Part shown: positions 48,933 through 58,469 of the stretch, piece by piece
Layout: each line of letters starts with the position of its first letter
How positions within the stretch are numbered: the stretch's first letter is position 1
NCBI GenBank assembly: GCA_012840925.1
Contig: DUVS01000029.1
Span: 56,376 to 120,375, forward strand
Source of the DNA: Bacillota bacterium
GTDB taxonomy: Bacteria; Bacillota; Limnochordia; Darwinibacteriales; DTU012
Length of the DNA stretch: 64,000 nucleotides
Reading direction: 5' to 3'
Notes under the pieces: model-generated
Told to the model about the DNA's origin: nothing
Seen by the model: only the letters and a program-made list of their open reading frames with translations
The model's database searches: none
Translations under genes and position numbers: made by a program

Positions 48933-51008
48933 TTATGCATCTTCTTTCTTCCTGGCAGCAATCACTTGCTCAGCCAGCTGCTGTGGCAGTTCTTCGTAGT
49001 GGCTAAACTCCATGGTAAATGAACCTCTGCCTTGGGTGATCGATCTTAAGTCAATTGCATACTTAAACATCTCACTGAGCGGAACCTGAGCCCGGATTAT
49101 CTGATTCCCGTCTTTCGGCTCCATACCTAAGATCTTACCCCGTTTTTTATTCAAATCACCCATTACATCGCCCATGAAGCTTTCAGGAACGGTTATAGCA
49201 ACGTTCTGGATAGGTTCCAATAGTACAGGGTTGGCATCCATGAACCCTTTCTTCAAGGCCATCGACGCAGCAATCTTAAATGCCATCTCCGAAGAGTCAA
49301 CACTGTGATAGGATCCATCAAAGAGTGATACTCTCAGGTTGACGACTGGATATCCTGCCAAGATACCCTCTTCCATGGTTTCGCGGATACCCTTCTCTAC
49401 CGCAGGTATATACTGGCGAGGAACCGCACCGCCAAAAATTTTGTCGACAAATTCGAGATCATCTTCGCCCTCGCCGCTACCCGGTTCGATTTCCAGCCAG
49501 ACATGCCCATATTGGCCTCGGCCACCCGATTGCTTCTTATGCTTGCCTTCGACCTGCACATGGCCGCGGATCGTTTCCCGATATGGTACCGATGGATTCG
49601 ACAGCTTTACTTCCGCACCAAACTTCTTGTGCAGCCTGGAGCACATCACTTCCAAATGCAGATCTCCCAGGCCAGAGATAAGAATCTCACTGGTCTCGAC
49701 ACTTTTTTCCACTTTAAAAGTAGGATCTTCCTCAGCAAGCCGGGCTAGCCCGTTGCCGATCTTATCCTCATCACCTTTGGCCAATGGTTCGACAGCCATC
49801 GTCATTACTGGTTGAGGGAAATCGATCCCTTTGGCCAAAACCGTTGAACCTTTGACCGAAAGTACGTCGTTGGTGTTGGTTTCCTGCAGCTTGGCTACTG
49901 CACCAATATCTCCAGCTCCCAACTGGTTAACTGGGAGATTTTCCTTACCTTTAATGACAAACAGCTGGCCAATTCTTTCATCTCTACCCCGGGATACGTT
50001 GTGGACAACGCTGTCAGACTTGATTGTCCCTGACAACACTTTGAACAAGGTGAGTTTACCAACGTACGGGTCGGCTAATGTTTTGAAAACTAAGGCATTG
50101 AGAGTTTGGTCATCAGGTTTAATCTCAACTTCCTGGTTAGTTTTGGTATCAATGGCCACATCCACAGTTTCTGCAGGACTGGGCAGGCACTGAATGCAGT
50201 AACTTAAAAGCTCTGTAATTCCAACATTGGCTGTAGCTGAACCACAAAATACAGGAACAACATCTCCAGTCTTGGTCCCAACCGATAGAGCAGCCTCAAT
50301 CTCGGCATCGGTTAGATCCTCTCCTTCGAGGTATTTCATCATCAGTTCATCATCGGTCACAGAGACTGCTTCAATCAATGCTTCTCGTGCAGCAGCCACG
50401 TCATCGGTTAATTCAGCCGGTATATCTCCTACCGTAACCTTATTTTGATCCCATAGATAAGCCTTTTGCTGAATCAGATCGACATGACCTCTGTAATCTT
50501 GGGCATTACCAACGGGAAGCTGAACCGGTACAACCTTGGGGCCGAACATGGACTGCAGCTGCTCCACCACTTGACCGAAGTTAGCGTTTTCCCGTTCCAT
50601 TTTGTTGATAAAAATGACCCGGGGAGTTTTGTACTGCTCTGCGAAAGCCCAAGCCTTCTCCGTGCCAACCTCTACTCCAGAAGAGGCGCAGACAACGATT
50701 ACGGCACCATCAGCTACTCTCAGGGCTGCAATCATATCACCCACAAAGTCGAAATAACCAGGGGCATCCAGGATGTTGATTTTATGATCATTCCATTCAA
50801 CTGGAGCTAAAGCTAAGTCGATACTGATTTGACGTTTTATCTCTTCAGGATCATAGTCCAGCGTACTGGTGCCATCATCAACTCTGCCTAGCCTGTTGAT
50901 ACCCTTGGATACATATAACATCGCTTCCGCCAACGATGTCTTGCCTGCACCACTGTGGGAAACAAGAGCTATATTTCTTAAACTGTCAATACTGTAATCC
51001 TTCACCAA
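48933..51008 (-). CDS. Elongation factor G paralogue (EF-G2-like translational GTPase)
   Basis: G1 (HSGAGKTS), DAPGYFDF and NKMD motifs. Domains II-V of EF-G, 691 aa. The sequence is clearly divergent from canonical FusA, for example LALAPVEW instead of the usual insert. Confidence 0.8.
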   Translation of the reverse strand: MVKDYSIDSLRNIALVSHSGAGKTSLAEAMLYVSKGINRLGRVDDGTSTLDYDPEEIKRQISIDLALAPVEWNDHKINILDAPGYFDFVGDMIAALRVADGAVIVVCASSGVEVGTEKAWAFAEQYKTPRVIFINKMERENANFGQVVEQLQSMFGPKVVPVQLPVGNAQDYRGHVDLIQQKAYLWDQNKVTVGDIPAELTDDVAAAREALIEAVSVTDDELMMKYLEGEDLTDAEIEAALSVGTKTGDVVPVFCGSATANVGITELLSYCIQCLPSPAETVDVAIDTKTNQEVEIKPDDQTLNALVFKTLADPYVGKLTLFKVLSGTIKSDSVVHNVSRGRDERIGQLFVIKGKENLPVNQLGAGDIGAVAKLQETNTNDVLSVKGSTVLAKGIDFPQPVMTMAVEPLAKGDEDKIGNGLARLAEEDPTFKVEKSVETSEILISGLGDLHLEVMCSRLHKKFGAEVKLSNPSVPYRETIRGHVQVEGKHKKQSGGRGQYGHVWLEIEPGSGEGEDDLEFVDKIFGGAVPRQYIPAVEKGIRETMEEGILAGYPVVNLRVSLFDGSYHSVDSSEMAFKIAASMALKKGFMDANPVLLEPIQNVAITVPESFMGDVMGDLNKKRGKILGMEPKDGNQIIRAQVPLSEMFKYAIDLRSITQGRGSFTMEFSHYEELPQQLAEQVIAARKKEDA

Positions 51009-51135
51009 ATCTCCTCCTCTTGTCCTTCTACCGCAATTCTAAGAAAAAATTTGGACACAATGCCAAACAAAAATTTAGCCTCATCTTATATTCCACAATA
51101 GGAGTACTCCTTCCTTCCTGGCAGTGAAAATTAAA

Positions 51136-52500
51136 TCACCACCACCAGCCCCAGCTGCGCTCAATCTTCAGCCTGTGGGCCCCATAGTCGTACTCTGTTT
51201 CATATCCCAGTACCGGGAGCAGCGATAAAGGCAAATAGAACTTGCGGTCCTCCACAAGGACGTTTTCCATCAACGGCAGTACCGTATTGCGCCAAGCCAC
51301 CATTCCCTCACTAGGATTAATCACCATATAGTTTAGGCCGCTGATCAGAAAGATGCGTTGTGAGCCAAAACGGATCAGGCCTAATAGTGACGCTAAGCCG
51401 TCCAAATCCAAGAACATTCTGCCGTTGTGCAGCTTAACATCTAACGAACCGGTTAGGGTTTTTTTATGATAAACTATCTCGATCTCGTCTGGATCCACCT
51501 GATGTAATCGGTAATAGGTACCGTCTGTCTCTTGAATCAGAAAACCATCGTCAACAGCCACCAGATCCCGCACATTGAACAAAGGTAGAAAATCGATCGG
51601 ACGTAAGGCACTGGAACCTACAGCATAAGTAGTGAGTCCCGTACGGCCGGACATATTTACTATTCCCAACTGAGGTATAAATTTGATTACCCGACCATCA
51701 AACTCAACGGGGAAATGACGGACCGTGGTAAGGTTGCCACCAGCATATTTCCAGGCGTAGAATATGTTCTGACCGGTAACCACCACCAGTTCCGGCAATT
51801 CTCCCGATTGAAACTGCGCTATAAACACGCTGTCAATCGTGCCCCACGGGTAATTCTGCCACAGCAGTTCTAATTGACCGTCAACCCATCCTAATGTTCC
51901 CACATATCCAGAGTTGTAAGCATATACAACCTCAGCGCCGCCGGCGCCGTCAAGATCGCCGACGCATACATATCTCACATTGGTATTGGGCTGTGAACGC
52001 CAAAACAAGTCCAGCTCTCCACCCCAGTTAAGGTATATAAAGGCTTCGCCTCTTTCGGTGCGCACTACAACATCACCCCAACCATCGCCGGTGATGTCAA
52101 CAACCTTCAGATCAGCCACCGCTGACCACAGGTAACGCTTCTCCATGGTTTGCCGCCATATCCCCTGAATGTTTTGGTAAGCATAGAAATTGAAGTTATC
52201 TGTCCCAATCAGAATCTCCGGACGAAAATCGCCAGTCAGGTCACCTGCAGCAATGGCAGTTACATTTCCAGCAAACCCAGTGATTGTTGCCACGAGTTGA
52301 TCCTGATCATAGACTCTGACCTCATCTCCCAAACCAGAAATGATCTGATCGCTGCCATTGTTTAACACCTGCGCAACCGCAATCACACTATTGTGCAAGT
52401 AAGGCTGCTCCTCCAAAAGATAACCGGCCTGGACAGTCAGACTGCAGCTGGCTATGATGCATAAACTGATCAATAACAACATGCCCCGTTTCGTGCTCAA
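51136..52500 (-). CDS. Secreted FG-GAP/VCBS-repeat protein with a C-terminal copper-amine-oxidase-N-like domain
   Basis: Signal peptide. Repeated GDLTGDF, DITGDGWGDVV and GDLDGAGGAEVV Ca-binding-like repeats. C-terminal KFYLPLSLLPVLGYETEYD resembles the clostridial CuAO-N 'stalk' domain. Confidence 0.55.
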   Translation of the reverse strand: MSTKRGMLLLISLCIIASCSLTVQAGYLLEEQPYLHNSVIAVAQVLNNGSDQIISGLGDEVRVYDQDQLVATITGFAGNVTAIAAGDLTGDFRPEILIGTDNFNFYAYQNIQGIWRQTMEKRYLWSAVADLKVVDITGDGWGDVVVRTERGEAFIYLNWGGELDLFWRSQPNTNVRYVCVGDLDGAGGAEVVYAYNSGYVGTLGWVDGQLELLWQNYPWGTIDSVFIAQFQSGELPELVVVTGQNIFYAWKYAGGNLTTVRHFPVEFDGRVIKFIPQLGIVNMSGRTGLTTYAVGSSALRPIDFLPLFNVRDLVAVDDGFLIQETDGTYYRLHQVDPDEIEIVYHKKTLTGSLDVKLHNGRMFLDLDGLASLLGLIRFGSQRIFLISGLNYMVINPSEGMVAWRNTVLPLMENVLVEDRKFYLPLSLLPVLGYETEYDYGAHRLKIERSWGWWW

Positions 52501-52679
52501 TTGAAAGAAGCCTCCTTCACGTGTTTGTCCGGGGTGCTCACCTTATATTATTGGCGTTTTCAGTTTTATTTCCTTCAATAAAAAATCCTCCCAAACCTGG
52601 AAGGATTCTGCAAGCTGACCGTTTTTCAAGACCCGATCGTTTTTGGATCGTTTTTCAGCCTACGGGTACTTGAGTAAAA

Positions 52680-52757
52680 TGGTCGGGGCGACAAGATTTG
52701 AACTTGCGACCTCTACCACCCCAAGGTAGCGCGCTAGCCAAGCTGCGCCACGCCCCG
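52680..52757 (-). tRNA. tRNA-Pro (GGG)
   Basis: The reverse complement is CGGGGCGTGGCGCAGCTTGG...CTACCTTGGGGTGGTAG...GTTCAAATC...CGCCCCGACCA. Confidence 0.85.
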
Positions 52758-52808
52758 ACTGACACTGAATAGGATACCATAAACTCGGCGGAAATGCAAG
52801 TCTTCTTC

Positions 52809-53084
52809 CTATTTTCCCACGGAATCTTTCAACTGCTTTCCGGCTCTGAAGACAGGAACCTTCTTGGCTGGAATCGTCATTTCAGCGCCAGTCTGGGGAT
52901 TGCGGCCAACCCGCTCGGACCGCTGTTTAACCTCGAAAGAACCAAATCCTATTAATTGGACCTTATCACCTTGAGCAAGTGCTTCGGATATGCTTGAAAA
53001 GACGGCATCCACAGCCGCCGTGGCATCTTTCTTGGTCAAGTTGGTCTTGGCTGCAACCTGGTCAACTAATTCAGTTTTGGTCAT
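52809..53084 (-). CDS. hup: DNA-binding protein HU
   Basis: 91 aa. The HU arm ([27 protein letters not shown]) is present. Confidence 0.9.
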   Translation of the reverse strand: MTKTELVDQVAAKTNLTKKDATAAVDAVFSSISEALAQGDKVQLIGFGSFEVKQRSERVGRNPQTGAEMTIPAKKVPVFRAGKQLKDSVGK

Positions 53085-53147
53085 CCCTTATCCTCCTTCA
53101 TTAGTGTTATCACTAGTGTAACCACTAATGACGGGGATTATCAAAAA

Positions 53148-54625
53148 TTACAAGATAATACAAATTAGACCGCCGCTACCCTCATTGATTATCTTTGACA
53201 GTGTTTCCTGCAGTTTTTCACGGGCAGTCTCCGGCATCCGGTTCAACTTGGCTTGAATGCCTTCCCTGACCAGATCCTGTAACGAACGGCCTAAGAAATC
53301 CCGATCCCACAGAGCATCCGGATCTTCCTGAAACTCGTCGGAAAGGGATTGGACCAATTCTTCACCTTGTTTCTCGGTACCAACCAAAGGAGTGACTTCC
53401 GTCATAATATTGGCCCGGATCATATGGATCGATGGTGCACTGGCAGTCAATTTGATGCCGAAATGCCGTCCTTGCTTGATCAACTCAGGTTGCTCAAAGG
53501 TAATGTCATCCAAGGATGGTGACACGATTCCGTAACCCGTTTCCCTGACTTGCATCAGGGCCGAAGCAAGTTTGTCATATTCACGTTTGGCCACCGACAG
53601 ATCCTGCATCAACCTGATCAGATGATGGTCGCCTTCAACTTCTAGCCCCGTCATACCGGCCAGGACGTCATAAAACAAGGACCGAGCCGCCAACAGTTCA
53701 ATATTGATCGTACCGGTACCCATATCCATCGCCTGCAGCTTAACAGAATCAACTGTATCACTAGTCGATAAAAAAGACAGCGACCCATCCACATCCCGTA
53801 GCCGATCGATCTTGTTTACACAATGGTAAATCGCTCCATCAAAGTCCTGCCGCAGCCAATGATCCTGAGGCAGTTCTTCCACCCAGCGAGGTAACCTGAA
53901 ATTGATCTCCCGTACCGGAAACTCGTATAATGCGGCTTGCAGAAGCGACATAATGTCATCCTGCGACATGCGTAAACAATCCAAGGGTACGACTTTAACC
54001 TGATGACGATCTTCCAGAGCACCAGCAAGTTCCAGCGTCTTACTGCTTTGAGGCTGATCGGTGTTCAGAACAACAATAAAAGGCTTTTCCAGTTCCTTGA
54101 GCTCAGCGATTACTCGTTCTTCCGCTTCAATGTAATCATCCCGGTCCAGTTCTGTCACCGAACCGTCCGTAAGCACTACCAAACCAATTGTGGAGTGCTC
54201 GCTGATTACCTTGCGGGTACCGATTTCTGCCGCTTCCTGAAAGGGAATTTGATGGTCATACCATGGGGTCATTACCATCCGCGGCCCGTCTTCATCCAGA
54301 TAACCTTTTGCACCTGGCACGGTATACCCAACGCAGTCAACCAGCCGGACTTTAAATCTGACATTGTCTTGTAGAACAATCTCTACCGGTTCTTCGGGGA
54401 CAAATTTTGGTTCGGTGGTGGTAATCATCTTTCCTGCCCCGCTCTGGGGCAGTTCATCATTCGTCCTCTCCTTGACATGGATATCATGAATATTGGGCAA
54501 TACCAATAAATCCATAAAACGCTTAATGAATGTCGATTTCCCGGTACGCACAGGACCAACCACACCTATGTAGATACTCCCGCCTGTACGCTGAGCAATA
54601 TCGGCAAACAGATCAAACTTCTCCA
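53148..54625 (-). CDS. spoIVA: Stage IV sporulation protein A (spore-coat morphogenetic ATPase)
   Basis: N-terminus MEKFDLFADIAQRTGGSIYIGVVGPVRTGKSTFIKRFM with a Walker A, aligning residue for residue with the B. subtilis SpoIVA start. GGAGGG RBS. The ORF-track extension to 54710 is rejected. Confidence 0.9.
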
Positions 54626-54840
54626 TCAAGGCTTCCCTCCTTCGAATTGGCTTTACCACCCCGAATACCGCATACTCTATGATTCCAGCCTCAAAACCAA
54701 AACCAGGCAAACATGCGGATGGACACTATAACTATATTAGAAGCTTGGCGAAAATATAACACTGAAAATAAAAAAATCACGGCAGTCCCGTGATTTCAAG
54801 AAACCATAGTCCCTCAAACAATTTCATGATCAATGCCTGT

Positions 54841-55452
54841 TCAATGTTTATGTACCTTTTCGCCAATCCGGTATTCTGTTCCGGCCATCAAACGCTGAAT
54901 GTTGGGGCGGTGACGCCAGATAACAAATGCTCCCAACAGAATACCCAACACGATATAACTAACAGGATAAGCAAAAACGGCAAAGCTGATAGGTAAGGCT
55001 ATGGCTGCCAGGATCGATGCTAAAGAAATAAAACGGCTCACCAGCAGAGTTCCAAACCAGACAAGGCATAACACAAGCAGTACCTTCCAGGATAAGGCCA
55101 ATAACACACCGCAGGCAGTTGCTACTCCGCGGCCACCCTTGAACTTGCCGAAAATCGGTAAACTGTGGCCCAACACTGCACAGATGCCTGTCACAAGCCA
55201 CATTACTTCACTGTCCAAGTGTTTTTGTGCCAGCAAAACCGGCACCAGCCCCTTGCCCGCATCCAAAACCAGTACGATGACAGCTGGAATAAAACCAACC
55301 GTACGGAGTACATTGGATACGCCGATGTTGCCACTACCATACTCCCGAATGTTAATGCCAGCCCATAGTTTTGCAACCCATAAGCCAAACGGCAATGAAC
55401 CTAAGAGATATCCTATAAGCATCAGTCCTAAGCTGGGAATTAATTGCTCCAT
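54841..55452 (-). CDS. plsY: Glycerol-3-phosphate acyltransferase PlsY
   Basis: GSGNIG, LDAGKG and FKGGRGVA motifs. 5 TM helices. Confidence 0.85.
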   Translation of the reverse strand: MEQLIPSLGLMLIGYLLGSLPFGLWVAKLWAGINIREYGSGNIGVSNVLRTVGFIPAVIVLVLDAGKGLVPVLLAQKHLDSEVMWLVTGICAVLGHSLPIFGKFKGGRGVATACGVLLALSWKVLLVLCLVWFGTLLVSRFISLASILAAIALPISFAVFAYPVSYIVLGILLGAFVIWRHRPNIQRLMAGTEYRIGEKVHKH

Positions 55453-55454
55453 CT

Positions 55455-56765
55455 TCAAGTCCTCTCCTTCACACTTAAGATAATCGGTGTGCCGTGGAAT
55501 CCATATTCTGCCCTTATACAGTTCTCCAAATAGCGCAAATACGAAAAATGCATTAGGTGGCTGTTGTTAACATAGATCAAGAACACAGGTGGATTGACTT
55601 GAACTTGGGTTGCATAAAGAACCTTTAGCCGTACACCTTTGTCTGAAGGAGGCTGATGCATGGCAACAGCATCTTGGATAATCTCGTTCAATCTTCCTGT
55701 GGAAATGCGCAAGCTTCTCTGCTGGGCGATGCTTATGGCCAGATCAAGCAACTTATGAACCCGTTTTCCGGTGAGAGCTGAAATAAACTCTACCGGTGCG
55801 TAAGACAGAAACTGCAGTTTGGACAGGATCTCCTGTTCATAGTCACGCATAGTATTAGTCTCTTTTTCCACCAAATCCCACTTATTGACAACAATCGCGC
55901 AGCCCTTGCCATTCTCGTGGATATATCCGGCAATACGCTGGTCCTGTTCTGTTACGCGTTCGTGAGCGTCGAGCATCAAAAAAACAATGTCTGAACGGTC
56001 AATAGCCCGCAGCGCTCTGAGCACGCTGTAATGCTCAACTCCAGAATCGATTTTCTTTTTCCGCCTCATGCCGGCCGTATCAATAAGGACAAATTCCTGT
56101 CCGTCATAAGTGAAATCGGTATCGATCGCATCCCGTGTAGTACCAGGAATGTCTGACACAATTACTCTCTCTTCACCCACGAACTGATTGATCAAGGTAG
56201 ACTTACCCACATTCGGCCGCCCTACCAGTGCAATTTTCAGCGCAGTGCTGTCCTCAAGAACGCTGTCTTCGGGAAATTCGGCAATTACATGATCCAGCAA
56301 ATCACCAATACCCCGGCCGTGTTCTGCCGAAATCGTAAGTGGCTCACCCAGGCCCAAAGCCCAGAATTCAGCGGCTATCGCCGGGCTTAAGGAAAAATCT
56401 TCCACTTTGTTGACGCAGAGGATGACCTTCTTGGATGTTCTCCGCAGCTGATGAGCGATCTCTTCATCAGCTGCGGTCAAGCCTTCACGTCCGTCAACGA
56501 CGAAGACAATCACATCAGCTTCTTCAATGGCAATTTGGGCCTGTACCCTTATTTGCTTGGTTATCGTATCTTCTCCAGTCTCGATACCACCAGTATCAAC
56601 CAGGATGAACTTTTTAGTCAGCCATTCCACTTCACAGTAAATTCGATCCCTGGTCACCCCAGGCTGATCGTCTACAATTGCAATTCGTTCTCGGGCAATT
56701 CGGTTAAACAACGTACTCTTGCCGACATTGGTTCGGCCGACGATTGCCACCATTGGTTTAGCCAT
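55455..56765 (-). CDS. der: Ribosome-associated GTPase Der (EngA)
   Basis: Tandem G domains (GRTNVGKST and GRPNVGKST) and a C-terminal KH-like domain. Confidence 0.9.
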   Translation of the reverse strand: MAKPMVAIVGRTNVGKSTLFNRIARERIAIVDDQPGVTRDRIYCEVEWLTKKFILVDTGGIETGEDTITKQIRVQAQIAIEEADVIVFVVDGREGLTAADEEIAHQLRRTSKKVILCVNKVEDFSLSPAIAAEFWALGLGEPLTISAEHGRGIGDLLDHVIAEFPEDSVLEDSTALKIALVGRPNVGKSTLINQFVGEERVIVSDIPGTTRDAIDTDFTYDGQEFVLIDTAGMRRKKKIDSGVEHYSVLRALRAIDRSDIVFLMLDAHERVTEQDQRIAGYIHENGKGCAIVVNKWDLVEKETNTMRDYEQEILSKLQFLSYAPVEFISALTGKRVHKLLDLAISIAQQRSLRISTGRLNEIIQDAVAMHQPPSDKGVRLKVLYATQVQVNPPVFLIYVNNSHLMHFSYLRYLENCIRAEYGFHGTPIILSVKERT

Positions 56766-56843
56766 AGCTCTCTCTTTCCCTTACACTTCTATGTTTTCAT
56801 GGCCTTAGTAATTCGCTATTCTTAAGCTGTTTTCCTCTTTTAA

Positions 56844-57329
56844 TCAGCCCGGTCCTTCCAGTTTAAGGCAGTTTTCATACTTGGCCTTGGTGTCGGAGAC
56901 AATCCTGGCCAGATTAAAAAAGGCCTTTTGGGTCCCTCTAGTCACCAGCGGCCGCCCGATTCGGACCAATCCCAAACGGCGAGAGATAAACCCGCCGATG
57001 CGCATCATCCAGTTAACAGCAGGTAAAGTATCCACAAATTCGAGGCCGTCAAGGTTACCCCCGGCAAGGAGAACACCACTTTTGATGGCCTGCTCAATGC
57101 CTCGTTTATCCCGGCCCCGGCCACAAACATAAATTTGATTGGCCCATTGGTCTTCACCCATAAACATCACCTGGCCCCGCTGCGTTGATTGAACCTGATC
57201 AAATAATTCGACAGCGCTGATTTCAGCAGTGGTTGGAACTTGTTGGGACCCTAGTTTACCCAGATGAATCGCAGCCGCAATAGGTGACGAATGAGTCCCA
57301 CCATAACAACAGTAGATGATTCTCACCAA
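56844..57329 (-). CDS. DUF3189-family protein
   Basis: N-terminus RIIYCCYGGTHSSPIAAAIHLGKL matches the DUF3189 start as I recall it. It lies on the same strand as, and immediately upstream of, a small ORF plus YIEGIA. Confidence 0.5.
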   Translation of the reverse strand: MVRIIYCCYGGTHSSPIAAAIHLGKLGSQQVPTTAEISAVELFDQVQSTQRGQVMFMGEDQWANQIYVCGRGRDKRGIEQAIKSGVLLAGGNLDGLEFVDTLPAVNWMMRIGGFISRRLGLVRIGRPLVTRGTQKAFFNLARIVSDTKAKYENCLKLEGPG

Positions 57330-57344
57330 GTTTTCACCTCAAAA

Positions 57345-57536
57345 TCAATGCTTGACAATAATATAGACTCCATGACCCAGATCGTGAACTGCAGCCATGA
57401 AAACCCGGGATAAGTAAACAGCCACTTTTTCCAGCTCAGAAAAACTATCTACGTAAAAGATCGGCGCTGAACCGCCCACCCTATCTCTGTCGGTTGTAAT
57501 CACTGCTAAAACTTGATTTGTTGGGGTAATGTCCAT
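57345..57536 (-). CDS. Small protein translationally coupled to YIEGIA (probably the 'capping complex subunit for YIEGIA' family)
   Basis: 63 aa. Its start abuts the YIEGIA stop. The family name is from memory of RefSeq annotations and is not verified. Confidence 0.4.
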   Translation of the reverse strand: MDITPTNQVLAVITTDRDRVGGSAPIFYVDSFSELEKVAVYLSRVFMAAVHDLGHGVYIIVKH

Positions 57537-58451
57537 CTAACCCCTCCCATCCATCATCCGGCCGGCGATAGAACGCAGGGGCTTGCGTATGGCTGTTTCC
57601 AGCACAGGTACATTAGAAACCGCCTCCAGGAACGCTTCTTGATTATCTTCAGATGGAATCATGACCATCACCAGCTTCCCCGATTCAGGATCACGGCGAA
57701 CTAATGGAGTAAACTCCTGCTCACCAACATCCATATACACTCCTACCATAGCAGCAGCATCATGGGCAATAGCCTGCATCTGGCCGATATTGGCCAAAGT
57801 TGCTTTGGCCTCGACATCCCTGGGAATGATCTCCGCAGCTACCGCCTGTTTGAGGTAACGCTCCCGGGCGGTGGTTAAACCAACGTTCATCACACTGACA
57901 CCGCCCACCACAAGAATAGGGCCGTCAAACCCGATTTCAGTCATTTTTACATCGGCAATATCCCCAATTGACGGCCCCCGCATCAGCTGGTTCAACACCC
58001 CTGCTGCTATTGCACCAGCCGCAAGGGCTGCCGGAATCTGTACCATCCATCCAGCATGAATGGTCATCTCAGACACAATAGCCACTATGAATGCAGTCCA
58101 GATTGCCAGGTAATTTCTAGCTTCAAACACACGGGCAATTCCCTCGATATAGGCAGTGCCCCTCATGACCAATTCTGTATGCTCGAGTTTTTCCAGTGAA
58201 CTCCGTTCAATGTTTCGCACTTCCCGGAATTGAGATGCGGCCATCAGCAAGAAGGATACAGCAGCAAATTCTACCTCTATAAGTGAAGGAACCAGGATTG
58301 CTCCTAAGAGGGCGCCGATAAACCCGATGAATAAATGAATAGCCCACCCCTGAGGGTAACTGGGATACTGCCGGTAATCACGGCGCAACATATATAACCG
58401 GGCTATGAGCCCGGAAAACGTAGCAAGGACGATTGTCAACATGTACTCCAT
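57537..58451 (-). CDS. YIEGIA-family membrane protein (sporulation-associated, uncharacterised)
   Basis: The literal YIEGIA motif (GTAYIEGIARVFEA, residues 101-106) sits between TM helices. About 6 hydrophobic segments, 304 aa. Confidence 0.75.
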   Translation of the reverse strand: MEYMLTIVLATFSGLIARLYMLRRDYRQYPSYPQGWAIHLFIGFIGALLGAILVPSLIEVEFAAVSFLLMAASQFREVRNIERSSLEKLEHTELVMRGTAYIEGIARVFEARNYLAIWTAFIVAIVSEMTIHAGWMVQIPAALAAGAIAAGVLNQLMRGPSIGDIADVKMTEIGFDGPILVVGGVSVMNVGLTTARERYLKQAVAAEIIPRDVEAKATLANIGQMQAIAHDAAAMVGVYMDVGEQEFTPLVRRDPESGKLVMVMIPSEDNQEAFLEAVSNVPVLETAIRKPLRSIAGRMMDGRG

Positions 58452-58469
58452 AATCCATCACCTAGATTT

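Noticed and set aside
52501-52679. Repeated GATCGTTTTT x2 and weak hairpins downstream of tRNA-Pro, considered as a small RNA or terminator
   Set aside because: The stems are short and imperfect. It is most likely an AT-rich spacer with a weak terminator for the tRNA. There is no compelling structure.
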